Assembly: GCF_018350175.1 (NCBI RefSeq)
Contig: NC_058368.1
Location: 682,001-746,000, forward strand
Direction: 5' to 3'
From: Felis catus
Lineage: Eukaryota
Length of the DNA stretch: 64,000 nucleotides
Shown: positions 26,150 to 38,574 of the stretch, one piece after another
Layout: the number at the start of each line of letters is the position of its first letter
How positions within the stretch are numbered: the first letter of the stretch is position 1
The notes under the pieces: model-generated
The model's database searches: none
Told to the model about the DNA's origin: nothing
The model's input: only the letters and a program-made list of their open reading frames with translations
Translations under genes and position numbers: made by a program

Positions 26150-26199
26150 GACAAAGTACCAGAGACATTGCTACAAGCATGAAACCTACGGACATCACA

Positions 26200-29100
26200 A
26201 TGACTCTAAACCCATATCTTTCTATAATAACACTGAATGTAAATGGACTAAATGTGCCAACCAAAAGACATAGGGTATCAGAATAGATAAAAAAAACAAG
26301 ACCCATCTATTTTCTGTCTACAAGAGACTCATTTTAGACCTGAGGACACCTTCAGATTGAGAGTGAGGGGATGGAGAGCTATTTATCATGCTACTGGAAG
26401 TCAAAAGAAAGCTGGAGGAGCCATACTTATATCAGACAAACTAGACTTTAAATTAAAGGCTGTAACAAGAGATGAAGAAGGGCATTATATAATAATTACA
26501 GGGTCTATCCATCAGGAAGAGCTAACAATTATAAATGTCTATGCGCCGAATACAGGAGCCCCCAAATACATAAAACAATTACAAACATAAGCAACCTTAT
26601 GGATAAGAATGTGGTAATTGCAGGGGACTTTAACACTCCACTTACAGAAATGGATAGATCATCTAGACACATGGTCAATAAAGAAACAAGGTCCCTGAAT
26701 GATACATTGAATCAGATGGACTTGACAGATAGATTTAGAACTCTACATCCCAAAGCAACAGAATATACTTTCTTCTCGCGTGCACATGGAACAGTCTCCA
26801 AGATCACATACTGGGTCACAAAACAGCCCTTCATAAGTATACAAGAATTGAAATCATACCATGCATACTTTCAGACCACAATGCTATGAAGCTTGAAATC
26901 AACCACAGGAAAAAGTCTGGAAAACCTCCAAAAGCACGGAGGTTAAAGAACACCCTACTACAGAATGAATGGGTCAATCAGGCAATCAGAGAAGAAATTT
27001 AAAAATATATGGAAACAAATGAAAATGAAAATACAACAATCCATACGCTTTGGGATGCGGCAAAGGCAGTCCTGAGAGGAAAATACATTGCAATCCAGGC
27101 CTATCTCAAGAAACAAGAAAAATCCCAAATACAAAATCTAACAGCACACCTAAAGGAAATAGAAGCAGAACAGCAAAGACAGCCTAAATCCAGCAGAAGA
27201 AGAGAAATAATAAAGATCAGAGCAGAAATAAACAATATAGAATCTAAAACAACTGTAGAGCAGATCAATGAAACCAAGAGTTGGTTTTTTGAAACAATAA
27301 ACAAAATTGATAAACCTCTAGCCAGGCTTCTCAAAAAGAAAAGGGAGATGACCCAAATAGATAAAATCATGAATGAAAAGGGAATTATTACAACCAATCC
27401 CTCAGAGATACAAGCAATTATCAGGGAATATTATGAAAAATTATATGCCAACAAACTGGACAACCTGGAAGAAATGGACAAATTCCTAAACACCCACACG
27501 CTTCCAAAACTCAATCAGGAGGAAAGAGAAAGCTTGAACAGACCCATAACCAGCAAAGAAATTGAATCGGTCATCAAAAATCTTCCAACAAATAAGATTC
27601 CGGGACCAGATGGCTTCCCAGGGGAGTTCTACCAGAAGTTTAAAGCAGAGATAATACCTATCCTTCTCAAGCTATTCCAAAAAATAGAAAGGGAGGGAAA
27701 ACTTCCAGACTCATTCTATGAAGCCAGTATTACTTTGATTCCTAAACCAGACAGAGACCCAGTAAAAAAAGAGAACTACAGGCCAATATCCCTGATGAAT
27801 ATGGATGCAAAAATTCTCAACAAGATACTATCAACTCGAATTCAACAGCATATAAAAAGAATTATTCACCATGATCAAGTGGGATTCCTTCCTGGGATGC
27901 AGGGCTGGTTCAACATTCGCAAATCAATCAATGTGATACATCACATTAATAAAAGAAACGATAAGAACCATATGATCCTGTTAATGCAGAAAAGGCCTTT
28001 GACAAAATTCAGCAATCTTTCTTAATAAAACCCCTTGAGAAAGTCAGGATAGAAGGAACATACTTAAAGATCATAAAAGCCATTTATGAAAAGCCCACAG
28101 CTAACATCATCCTCAATGGGGAAAAACTGAGAGCTTTTTCCCTGAGATCAGGAACACGACAGGGATGTCCACTCTCACCGCTGTTGTTTAACATAGTGTT
28201 GGAAGTTCTAGCATCAGCAATCAGACAACAAAAGGAAATCAAAGGCATCAAAATTGGCAAAGATGAAGTTAAGATTTCACTTTTTGCAGATGACATGATA
28301 TTATACATGGAAAATCTGATAGACTCCACCAGAAGTCTGCTAGAACTGATACATGAATTTAACAAAGTTGTAGGATACAAAATCAATGTACAGAAATCAG
28401 TTGCATTCTCATACACTAATAATGAAGCAACAGAAAGACAAATAAAGAAACTGATCCCATTCACAATTGCAGCAAGAAGCATAAAATACCTAGGAATAAA
28501 TCTAACCAAAGATTTAAAAGATCTGTATGCTGAAAACTGTAGAAAGCTTATGAAGGAAATTGAAGAAGATATAAAGCAATGGAAAAACATTCCATGCTCA
28601 TGGATTGGAAGAATAAATATTGTCAAAATGCCAATACTACCCAAAGCTATCTACACATTCAATGCAATCCCAATCAAAATTGCACCAGCATTCTTCTTGA
28701 AACTAGAACAAGCAATCCTAAAATTCATATGGAACCACAAAAGGCCCCGAATAGCCAAAGGAATTTTGAAGAAGAAGACCAAAGCAGGAGGCATCACAAT
28801 CCCAGACTTTAGCCTCTACTACAAAGCTGTTGTCATCAAGACAGCATGGTATTGGCACAAAAACAGACACATAGACCACTGGAATAGAAAAGAAACCCTA
28901 GAACTAGACCCACAAAAGTATGGCCAACTCATCTTTGACAAAGCAGGAAAGAACATCCAATGGAAAAAAGACAGTCTCTTTAATAAATGGTGCTGGGAGA
29001 ACTGGACAGCAACATGTAGAAGATTGAAACTAGCCCACTTTCTCACACCATTCACAAAAATAAACTCAAAATGGATAAAGGACCTGAATGTGAGACAGGA

Positions 29101-30013
29101 AACCATCAAAACCCTAGAGGAGAAAGCAGGAAAAGACCTCTCTGACCCCAGCCGTAGCAATTTCTTACTTGACACATCCCCAAAGGCAAGGGAATTAAAA
29201 GCAAAAATGAACTACTGGGACCTTATGAAAATAAAAAGCTTCTGCACAGCAAAGGAAACAACCAACAAAACTAAAAGGCAACCAATGGAATGGGAAAAGA
29301 TATTTGCAAATGACATATCGGACAAAGGGCTAGTATCCAAAATCTATGAAGAGCTCACCAAACTCCACACCTGAAAAACAAATAACCCAGTGAAGAAGTG
29401 GGCAGAAAACATGAATAGACACTTCTCTAAAGAAGACATCCGGATGGCCAACAGGCACATGAAAAGATGCTCAGCGTCGCTCCTCATCAGGGAAATACAA
29501 ATCAAAACCACACTCAGGTATCACCTCATGCCAGTCAGAGTGGCCAAAATGAAAAAATCAGGAGACTATAGATGCTGGAGAGGATGTGGAGAAACGGGAA
29601 CCCTCTTGCACTGTTGGTGGGAATGCAAATTGGTGCAGCCACTCTGGAAAGCAGTGTGGAGGTTTCTCAGAAAATTAAAAGTAGACCTACCCTATGACCC
29701 AGCAATAGCACTGCTAGGAATTAACCCAAGGGATACAGGAGTACTGATGCATAGGGCCACTTGTACCCCAATGTTTATAGCAGCACTCTCAACAATAGCC
29801 AAATTATGGAAAGAGCCTAAGTGTCCATCAACTGATGAATGGATAAAGAAATTGTGGTTTATATACACAATGGAGTACTACATGGCAATGAGAAAGAACG
29901 AAATAGGACCCTTTGTAGCAACGTGGATGGAACTGGAGAGTGTGATGCTAAGTGAAATAAGCCATACAGAGAAAGACAGATACCATATGGTTTCACTCTT
30001 ATGTGGATCCTGA
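26200..30013 (+). pseudogene. L1 ORF2p (endonuclease/reverse transcriptase), disrupted
   Basis: Split over ORFs 26357, 26599, 27009, 28184 and 29390; contains [38 protein letters not shown]; early TAG near 26284 and several frameshifts. Confidence 0.92.
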
Positions 30014-30238
30014 GAAACTTAACAGAAACCCATGGAGGAGGGGAAGGAAAAAAAAAAAAAGAGGTTAGAGTGGGAGAGAGCCAAAGCATAAGAGACTGTT
30101 AAAAACTGAGAACAAACTGAGGGTTGATGGGGGGTGGAAGGGAGGGGAGGGTGGGTGATGGGTATTGAGGAGGGCACCTTTTGGGATGAGCACTGGGTGT
30201 TGTATGGAAGCCAATTTGACAATAAACTTCATATATTG

Positions 30239-30255
30239 AAAAAGAAAGAAAGAAT

Positions 30256-30310
<55 letters not shown>

Positions 30311-30322
30311 AAAAGAAAGAAG

Positions 30323-30372
<50 letters not shown>
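30239..30372 (+). repeat. (GAAA)n microsatellite derived from the L1 A-tail
   Basis: About 130 bp of AAAG repeats directly after the L1 AATAAA and 3' end. Confidence 0.92.
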
Positions 30373-30374
<2 letters not shown>

Positions 30375-30978
30375 TCAGTAGAAAAAAAATAAATCACAGT
30401 GACTGCTGCTTACCAAAAAAAAAAAAAAAAAAAAAAAAAAGAATACAATGACAGACTGAAAAATTCAAGACAGAGCTTCACCAACTCCCTTAATCATGCA
30501 GAAGATAGAATCAGCTAACTTGAAGACGGATCATTTGAAATTAAAGGTATAAAAAGAAAAGGAATGAAAATGAGTGAAAAAAGCCTACATGAATTATGGA
30601 ACACTATCAAGCAAAAGAATGTTTGCATCATGGGCATCCCAGGAAAGGAGAGAAAGGGGTGGAAATATTATTCAAAGAAATAATAGCTAAAATCTTCCTA
30701 AATCTTGAGGGAGAGATGAATAACCAGGTTCAGGCAGCTCAGAGGACCCCAAGCAAGATCCATTGAAAGGAGATTACTCTAAAACACATTATAATTAAAA
30801 TATTAAAAATCAAGGACAGGGAGAGACTTTTGAAAGCAGCAAGAGAAAAATGGCTCATCACATACAATGGAACTCCCATAGGGCTATCAGCAGATTTTTC
30901 TGCAGAAACCATGAGGTCAGGAGGGAGTGTGATGATATATTCAAAGTGTTGAGAGGAAAAACTGCCAACCAAGAATAC

Positions 30979-31924
30979 TGTCTTTTGTGTTCCTGGACCC
31001 AGTTCCAAAGGCAGGTAGGCGGCTTCCCAACATACCACTATACTATGTAAGTCCAGGTTGTTACCTGTACTTTGACCAACTAGCTATAAATCAGAGATTC
31101 CCACAATCCTTTCCTCAGTTTTTATTAGCTTGCTAGAGCAACTCACAGAACTCAGAGAGGAATTTTACTCCCTAGGCCACCAGTTGATTACAAAGGCATG
31201 TAACTCAGGCACAGCCAGATGGCAGATATGCATCAGCAAAGTCTGGGGAAAGGGTACAGACCCTCCATTCCCTCCAGGCACGCTACTCTTCCACATCTCC
31301 ATGTGTTCACCAATGTGAAAGCTCTCCGAAGCCCATCTTTTGGGTTTTTATGGTGGCTTCATCACATAGGCATGATTGGCAAGAATTATTGGCCATTGGA
31401 GATTGATTCAGTGTCCAGTCTCACTGCCCTTCTAGGAGTCTATGGACAGGACTGAAGGTTCTAACTCTCTGATCATATAGTTGATTTTCCTAGCAACCAG
31501 CCCCCCTCCTTAGGTGGGGATCCAAAACTCACCTCATTAACATAACAAAAGACACCTTTATCACTCTCATCACTTAGGAAATTCCAAGGGTTTTGGATTA
31601 AAAAAATTTTTTTTAATGTTTATTTATTTTTGAGAGACAGAGAAACAGAGCACGAGCAGGGAGACGCAGAGACAGAGGGAGACACAGAATCCAAAGCAGG
31701 CTCCCGGCTCTGAGCTGTCAGCACAGAGCCCCACACTGAGCTCAAACTCACAAACCATGAGATCATGACCTGAGCTGAAGTCGAAGTCAATATTTAATGG
31801 ACTGAGCCACCCAGGCACCCCGGAAATCCCAAGGGTTTTGGGAGATGTGCGTGAGGAACAGTGGACAAGACAAAATATATATGAGTTGACCAAATATATA
31901 TGTCTTATAAATCACAGTATAGCA
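30979..31924. mobile_element. MER21-like solo LTR inserted in the old L1 ORF1
   Basis: TG...CA ends; GCTATAAATCAGAGATTCCCAC, TTGCTAGAGCAACTCACAGAACTCAG, CATAACAAAAGACACC motifs; the host L1 rejoins across it. Confidence 0.75.
31598..31821 (-). mobile_element. CAN-SINE inside the MER21-like LTR
   Basis: TSD GGAAAT(T/C)CCAAGGGTTTTGG at 31577 and 31822. Confidence 0.92.
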
Positions 31925-32259
31925 TAAACCCAGCAAAACTGTCCTTCAGAAATTAAGGAGAGATACATTCCCAAACAAAAGCTAAGGGAATTCATACTGG
32001 ACCTGACTTATGAAAAATGGTAAAAAGAGTTCTTGAAATGAAAGAATGCTAGAAAAATACAAGCTTCCACTTGTGGAATGAATAAATCATGGGAATAAAA
32101 GGAACAGCATAGAGAATATAGTCAATGCCATTATAATAGATGGTAGCTATACTTGTGATAAGCATAGCATAACGTATGAACTTGTCAAATTACTATTTGT
32201 ACACTGGAAACTAATGTAACATTGTGTGTCAAGTACACATCAATAAAAAATTTAAAAAT

Positions 32260-32587
32260 GGGGTGCCTGAATGGCTCAATCAGTTAAGTGTCCGAAATCT
32301 CTTAATTTCAGCTCAAGTCATGATCTCATGGTCATGAGATTGAGCCCTGTGTCAGGCTCTGCACTGGGCCTGAGGCCTTCATGGAATTATCTTTCTCCCT
32401 CTCCCTCTGCCCCTTCCCACCTCAAAAAAAATTGTCCTTTTTAAAAAGCAATTTAAAAATTGGGGTGCCTGGGTGGCTCAATGGGTTAAGCGTCCAACTC
32501 TTGCTTTTGGCTCAGGTCATGATCTCACAGTTCGTGGGATTGAACCGTGTGTCAGGCTCCATGCTGCCAGCACAGAGCCTGCTTAGG

Positions 32588-32630
<43 letters not shown>

Positions 32631-32705
32631 GTCCCTCCCCTGCTTGCTCGCTCTCCCTCTCTCAAAATAAACATTTAAAAACTAAAAATAAATAAAAATA
32701 AAATA
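32260..32705 (+). mobile_element. Two tandem CAN-SINEs (32260-~32430; 32462-~32705)
   Basis: Two GGGGTGCCTG...TGGCTCA heads, each preceded by AATTTAAAAAT. Confidence 0.85.
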
Positions 32706-33729
32706 AATTATATGATCCTGTCAATAGATGCAGAAGAAGGGTTTGAAAAAATTCAACACCCTTTCATGATGAAAGGTCGGAACAAACTGAGTATAGAAGG
32801 TTACCTCAACATAATAAAGACCATATATTACAAACACAGCTAACATTAGACTCAATGAAAAACTAAGAGCTTTTTCTCTAAAGTCAGAAATAAGAGTGCC
32901 TACTCTAGCCATTCCTATCCAATGTAGTGCTGGAAATCCTAGCTAGAACAATTAGGCAAGAAAAAGAAATGAAAAGCATACAAATAGGAAAGGAAAAAGT
33001 AAAATTGTCTGTGTTTGCAGATAACTTGATCTCATGTATAAAAAAACCCTAAAAATTCCACTAAAGCACTGTTAGAACTAATAAATAAATTCAGGAAAGC
33101 TGTAGGATACTATAAGAAAACTATAGACCATGGGACACCTGGGGGAAATACTTAGGAATAAATTTAACCAAAGGAAGTAAAAGACACGTACATTGAAAAC
33201 CTTAAGACACTGATGAAAGAAATTGAAGAAGGCACAAACAAATGGTAAGATATTTCATGATGGAACCACAAAATACCCTGAATAGCCCAGGCAATCTTGA
33301 GGAAGAATAATAAAGCTAGAGGCATCACACTTCCTGGTTTCCAACTATACTGCAAGGCTGTAGCAATCAAAACAGTGTGATGCTGTTGTAAAAACAGACA
33401 CATGGACCTATGGAACAGAATTAAGAGCCCAGAAATAAACCCATGCATTTTTGTCAACTAATATTTGACAAGGGAGCTAAGAATATTCAACGGGGAAAGG
33501 ATGGCCCTTTCAATAATTGGTGCTGGGAAAACTGGATATCTACATGCAAATGAATGAAATTAGGCCACCATCTTACACCACTCAAAAATTAACTCAGAAT
33601 CAGGGCACCTGGGTGGCTCAGTCAGTTGAGCATGTCTGACTCTTGATTTTGACTCAGGTCATGACCCCGGGGTCATGGTATCGAGCCCTGCCATCAGGCT
33701 ACACATTACATCTACACAGCTACACATCT

Positions 33730-34192
33730 GGAGCATCACATGCTACAGAGAAATCATTCATGGAAGGGAGAGTCAATAGATGCGGAAACTTCATTGTTAA
33801 TCTTATTTTAAGAAATTGCCACAGCCACTCCAGCCTTCAGCTGCCACCATCCTGGTCAGTCAGCAGCCATTGACATCGAGGCAGGACCCTCGGCAGCAAA
33901 AAAATAACTATTTTTTTTTAATGTTTATTTATTTCTGAGAGAGAGAGAGAGAGATTGAGAGAGAAAGAGATTGTGAGTGGGACACAGAGAGAGAGAAAAT
34001 CCCAAGCAGGCTCCCTGCTGTCAGTGCAGAGCCCAACACGGGGCAATTGCACATTTAATAGACTACACTGTAGTGTAAACATAACTTTATATGCGCTAGG
34101 AACCAAAACCTTTATTTACCTCACTTTATTGTGATACTTGCTTTATGGTGGTATTCTGGAACCGAACCCACAATATCTCCAAGGCATACCTA
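33730..34192 (+). mobile_element. Tigger1 3' fragment interrupted by a partial minus-strand SINE (~33912-34045)
   Basis: AAGAAATTGCCACAGCCACTCCAGCCTTCAGC...CAGTCAGCAGCCATTGACATCGAGGCA and terminal ...CTGGAACCGAACCCACAATATCTCCAAGGCATACCT match the Tigger1 end as recalled. Confidence 0.8.
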
Positions 34193-34259
34193 TACCAATG
34201 TAAACAAGCCAGACCAGTTTAAGATAAACACCAGTCCAGCACCTTTTTTCTTTTTTTAG

Positions 34260-34455
34260 GCCTGCATGCTTGTTTTTCAACCAGACCTCAATATCGCACT
34301 CCCTGACCTAGCTGAGAACAATGAAGTGATTATTTGTCTTGATTGCTCCGCTTCCATGGAGGGTGCGACATTCTTGCAAGCCAAGCAAATTGCCTTGTAT
34401 GCACTGTCCTTGGTGGGAAAGAAGCAAAAGATAAACATTGTCAAGTTTGGCACAG
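34260..34455 (+). CDS. PARP4: PARP4 exon (start of vWA domain, MIDAS DxSxS), 196 nt, phase 0-1
   Basis: ctttttttag|GCCTGC...GCACAG|gtgagt; ACMLVFQPDLNIALPDLAENNEVIICLDCSASMEGATFLQAKQIALYALSLVGKKQKINIVKFGT(G). Confidence 0.96.
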
Positions 34456-34562
34456 GTGAGTGCTCTTTGGCCCCAGTCCAAAGCGTGCTTCCTCCTTAAT
34501 ATGAACATGCTCATGAGTAGAGCTAATGGCTGTTAGTACCCTGACCTCACCTATGGAGTAAG

Positions 34563-34815
34563 AGGTAGCATAGCATGGAGTTCAAGAACCAGAACACCGG
34601 AGCCAGATCCCTGGCTTCACATTCCAACTCTATCACTTACTAGCCCTGGCTGTCACGTTGGGCAAATTACTTGAACTTTTTATACCTCAGTTTCCTCATC
34701 TGTAATATAAGTGTGATAGTTCCTACCTCACAGCGTTGTTGTAAGGATTGAGCTAATGCCTGTAAAGGATTTAAAACAGTGCCTATCACATATCAAGTGC
34801 TTTATAAATACTACT
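34563..34815 (+). mobile_element. MIR
   Basis: TTGGGCAAATTACTTGAAC...CCTCAGTTTCCTCATCTGTAA...CCTACCTCACAG core. Confidence 0.8.
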
Positions 34816-35457
34816 AGTGTTCCTAGCAGCTGAACCAAATGCAAGACCCTTGGTTGCGATGTATGAGGGTCCCAAGCATATGGGCAGAACATGTGAAATC
34901 AGCACAATGTAGAAAATCTATAAGGGTTCAGCAAGCATCAGATCAGCCCTTTTAGAGGAAAAGCAATACCATCCTCCAGGTGGGGGTCCAGGGACATGTC
35001 GGCCACCAGAAGAAGGTATTTCAGGAATGAGAGAAAGAACCAGAGTAGAGTGAGGGGGCAGTCCGGTCCTAATGATTCTTACTTTCCATCCCATTGAGCA
35101 GAAGACCTGCCCTTTTATGAAGGAGCTAGGGTCTGCTGCTGCTGGGCAGAGGTCAGATAAGCCTGGGAAAACCAAGGCCCTGGAAGGAGAACGTGTCCCT
35201 GCCGTGGCCAGGCTGCTTGTGCTGTTGTGACACCCCACATCTTACTTTGCATGAGCAGTCTGCTACAGAACAGAAGTCTACATGTAATTTTATTCAGGAC
35301 ACTTTGCATTGTAAAGTGCATAGTTTCAGTGCACTAGAGTTTATTATTTAAAGGAATAGTGTGGTGAATTTTTGGTATGTTAAAACTATCAAACATTGTT
35401 AGTGGTCAGTAAAGTGAATATTTCGTAGCTACACCTCACGCCAATCTTATCACACAG

Positions 35458-35525
35458 GTTACAAGGAATTATTTTCATATCCCAAGTACATCACAAGCAA
35501 CAATGTGCCAACAGAGTTCATTATG
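35458..35525 (+). CDS. PARP4: PARP4 exon (vWA), 68 nt, phase 1-0
   Basis: atcacacag|GTTACA...ATTATG|gtgagt; (G)YKELFSYPKYITSNNVPTEFIM. Confidence 0.94.
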
Positions 35526-36102
35526 GTGAGTAAAAGGACCTTCCTTCATCTCTTGGGTCTTTTCCTATCAAGGATTAACAGTACTGCCCAGACTTACTCC
35601 CCCCGCGAGCGCTATTAGAACACCCCCAGTCCTTCAGTTTTTGTATGTTGGTAGCTCTTTTATTTTATTAATAAAAGCCATATGAACTCACTAAAGAAAA
35701 ACTGGAAATTAAAAAAGGTAGAAAGAAAAAAATCGCCCACATTCCTACCACCTAAATGCAGCAGCGTTGGAATGTTTTCTTCTGTTCCTTTTTTTCTATT
35801 TCTGAAGACAGAGCAAGCTGAGAATGACTAATTGCTTCCTCAATCCATGCCAGCAAACCCTGGGGAAGCATAAAAAAAGTCAAATAAGTGTCCACTGATA
35901 ATATTATAGTGACTGTGTGACATAAAATAAACTAAGAGGATATAAGTGTAGTTGTTGCACAAATGTATAATTGAGAAAAAAATATATCTTTTCAGTGACG
36001 ATGTCTCTAAACCCTCACTGAGACGTGCTTCAGTAAATGATGACAGTTAATGGTGAATAGACCCCAAAAGTAGTAAATAACCTTTCACTTCATTTCCTCT
36101 AG

Positions 36103-36290
36103 TCTGCTACACCTACCATGGGAAATACAGACTTCTGGAAAACACTCCGGTATTTAAATTTACTGTACCCTTCTCAAGGGTTACGGAACATTCTCCTTAT
36201 ATCCGATGGGCACCTCCAGAATGAGAGTCTGACATTGCAGCTTGTGAAAAGAAATGTCCAACACACCAGGCTGTTCTCCTGTGGTATTGG
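36103..36290 (+). CDS. PARP4: PARP4 exon (vWA; GNTD and ISDG motifs), 188 nt, phase 0-2
   Basis: tttcctctag|TCTGCT...TATTGG|gtaagt; SATPTMGNTDFWKTLRYLNLLYPSQGLRNILLISDGHLQNESLTLQLVKRNVQHTRLFSCGI(G). Confidence 0.96.
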
Positions 36291-36608
36291 GTAAGTGTGG
36301 GAGGTCTAGTGACACAGTGAACACTGTGGGTGAAGAAGGCAGCCTGTGGGCAGGGTTTTTTTTGTTGGCCTACACAGGATTTCTAGAAGTTTTGATAACG
36401 GTGTATAGAAACTGTTTAGCATATAGTTGTAGAGCTCTGGGCTCTGAGACTGCCTGGGTCTCAATACCTGAATTGGCCATTTGTTAGCTCTGACCTTGGG
36501 CATGTTGTTAAATCTCTTGTGTATAAAATGAAGATGATAGTGAAAAAGTCATAGATTTAATAGATTTACTCTGAGGATTCAATGAGCTCATATATAAAAA
36601 GTACTTAC

Positions 36609-36740
36609 GGGGCACCTGGGTGGCTCAGTCAGTTAAGCGTCTGACTCTTGATTTTGGTTCAGGTCATGATCTCACTGTTTGTGAGTTCCAGCCCCGTGTA
36701 GGGCTCTACACTGACAGTATGGAGCCTACTTGGGATTCTT

Positions 36741-36789
<49 letters not shown>

Positions 36790-36869
36790 GCCAAGCTTAC
36801 AATCTCTCTGTCTCTCTCTGTCTCTGTCTCTCTCTCAAAAATAAATAAATAAACATTAAAAAAATAAAC
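36609..36869 (+). mobile_element. CAN-SINE with expanded (CT)n, inside a MIR
   Basis: TSD ATAAAAAGTACTTA at 36594-36607 / 36870-36883. Confidence 0.92.
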
Positions 36870-38574
36870 ATAAAAAGTACTTAAGAATAGTCTTAAGAAC
36901 AGAGATGGCACACGGCAAATACCAAGTCAACGTTAGATATTATTATGTTACATAAAAATCCAGATTTCCAGCCTATCCTGAGAAGCCTGAAGTGCTGGGC
37001 GCACCCCCACCCCTGGTGGTTTGTGACCAGGGCTGAGGGTCCCACCCAGGCTCTTGCTCCTTCACACCTTTGTGGTGGCTGCCACATTTGCATTTTCAAA
37101 CCCTATAATGGACTTAAGATCTCTCTCTCTGGAGGCTAGACCCTCTTCATTGTTGGAATGAACCCCCACCCCAATTATAGTTAGCTGTTTTGGACGAAAC
37201 CGAGGTGTATGGTGTAAACATAAGGAAAACACCAAGGGCCAGACTGGTGTTTGCACAGAGCATGCCTGCACCCTCGTCTCCTGGGACTCTCCCCCACATA
37301 GTCACCATCCTGGGAAATGATCACCAGGCCTCTCTATTCTGAGGCAGTGCATGGAGCGGGAGAGCTCCTCAACACAGGGGTAGGGGTGGAGGTGGGTGTT
37401 GCTGTTCTCTGGGGCCACTGTGCTGTCCTGGACCGGGGTCCTCCTCAGGCCTCGGCCATGACTTTCAGGAGCTGGAGCCCTAGACACCCTTTGAGGGCCC
37501 TGTACCCAAGCCAGACCTGCCTGCCCAGAGGGTCTTCTCCTCTGTCTGCCCTGCCTCAGTCACAGCTCCAGTCCTGTTCCCTAATGTGAGAGCTGGGCAC
37601 CACAGACCAACCAGGAAATTATCCAGCCCCCTGTGGACTTCCCCAGCAAGTGCTCCTACATGGACTTCACCTGAGTAACTTGTGCCTGTACACACAGGGG
37701 GCTGGCCGCAACACGCTGCAGGGACCTGCCTCCTCCCTGCTCCCCTGACCGTGTGGCAGAGGCAGTGCCAGGGTCGTGGCTCAGACATCAGTGCAGAAGA
37801 CACCGGGCCCCGTTGATTCCTTTTTTGCTGAGGGCCTGTCATGAGACAGATGCGCCTTGGTGCAGGACCACAGTGCCGGGTATGGGGAGCCAGACAGCAA
37901 ACAACCCAGTAAGCTCAAAGGGAGATGGGTTTTCCTAAGTGCCACGAAGGCAATAGGGGAGGACGCCGTGATGGGGGTGGGTGGGCACAAACCTCCTTTG
38001 GGAGGTGACTTTGTGCTCTCACACAACCCAGCCTGAGGGAGCTGGAAGTTTTACTGATTTTCTGTCAGGTTTTTAGGATCTTTCTACAGGTTTCTCATAC
38101 TCATTTGTGTCCACAAACTCTAGCAAGATGTGAGTTCTCTAGGAGTAGAGACTGAACTATTGCCTATTGTAACAAGCTGTCCCCTGAGGTCCACACAGCA
38201 GGAGCAAAAACAGATTCCAAGCAGCCTTACTAGCTGATGAAATTGGTAAAAGAGAAATAAACTCCAGCTTAGGGGGATTCTCTAACTGGTGTTGTAGTCA
38301 CCACCAATTAATTTTGAAGACTAAAGACAAATCCAATCTTTAATAAATAGGTTAAGACATATTTCAGAAATAAATAACTTTCTTAAGCTCTTTTCCTGAA
38401 AAATAATTGTTTCTTTATTATTTTAGGAGGAACGTCTCTAAGAAAAGCTTTCTTAATAGTTACAGAATTATTATCAAGAGAAATTTAATACGACATTGTC
38501 ATTCAAATAGCAAAGCTTATTTTTGCTAGAAAGACACTTCCCTATCCTTTTTGCTATCTAGTTGTGCATCATAA

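Larger units (their letters stand above)
24332..30438 (+). mobile_element. Full-length feline L1 (L1_Fc-like), inactivated
   Basis: CpG-rich 5'UTR, ORF1 and ORF2 (APE, RT with FADD, C-terminal CCHC region), G-rich 3'UTR, tail; TSD AAGAATA(T/C)AATGACA at 24317-24331 / 30439-30453. Confidence 0.95.
22760..33600 (+). mobile_element. Old L1 (5'UTR, ORF1 and ORF2 remnants) acting as host for nested insertions
   Basis: ORF1-like text is continuous across the insertions (...GGAGCTTAAGAATATAATGACA | GACTGAAAAATTCAAG...; ...CAACCAAGAATAC | TAAACCCAGCAAAACTGTCC); decayed ORF2 at 32706-33600. Confidence 0.75.

Noticed and set aside
24332..30438. Full-length L1 as an active element
   Set aside because: ORF1 and ORF2 both carry frameshifts and premature stops, and the TSD has a mismatch.
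36890..38030. Cluster of short GC-rich ORFs on both strands
   Set aside because: No recognisable homology. The PARP4 frame is already complete across this intron, so no exon is missing.
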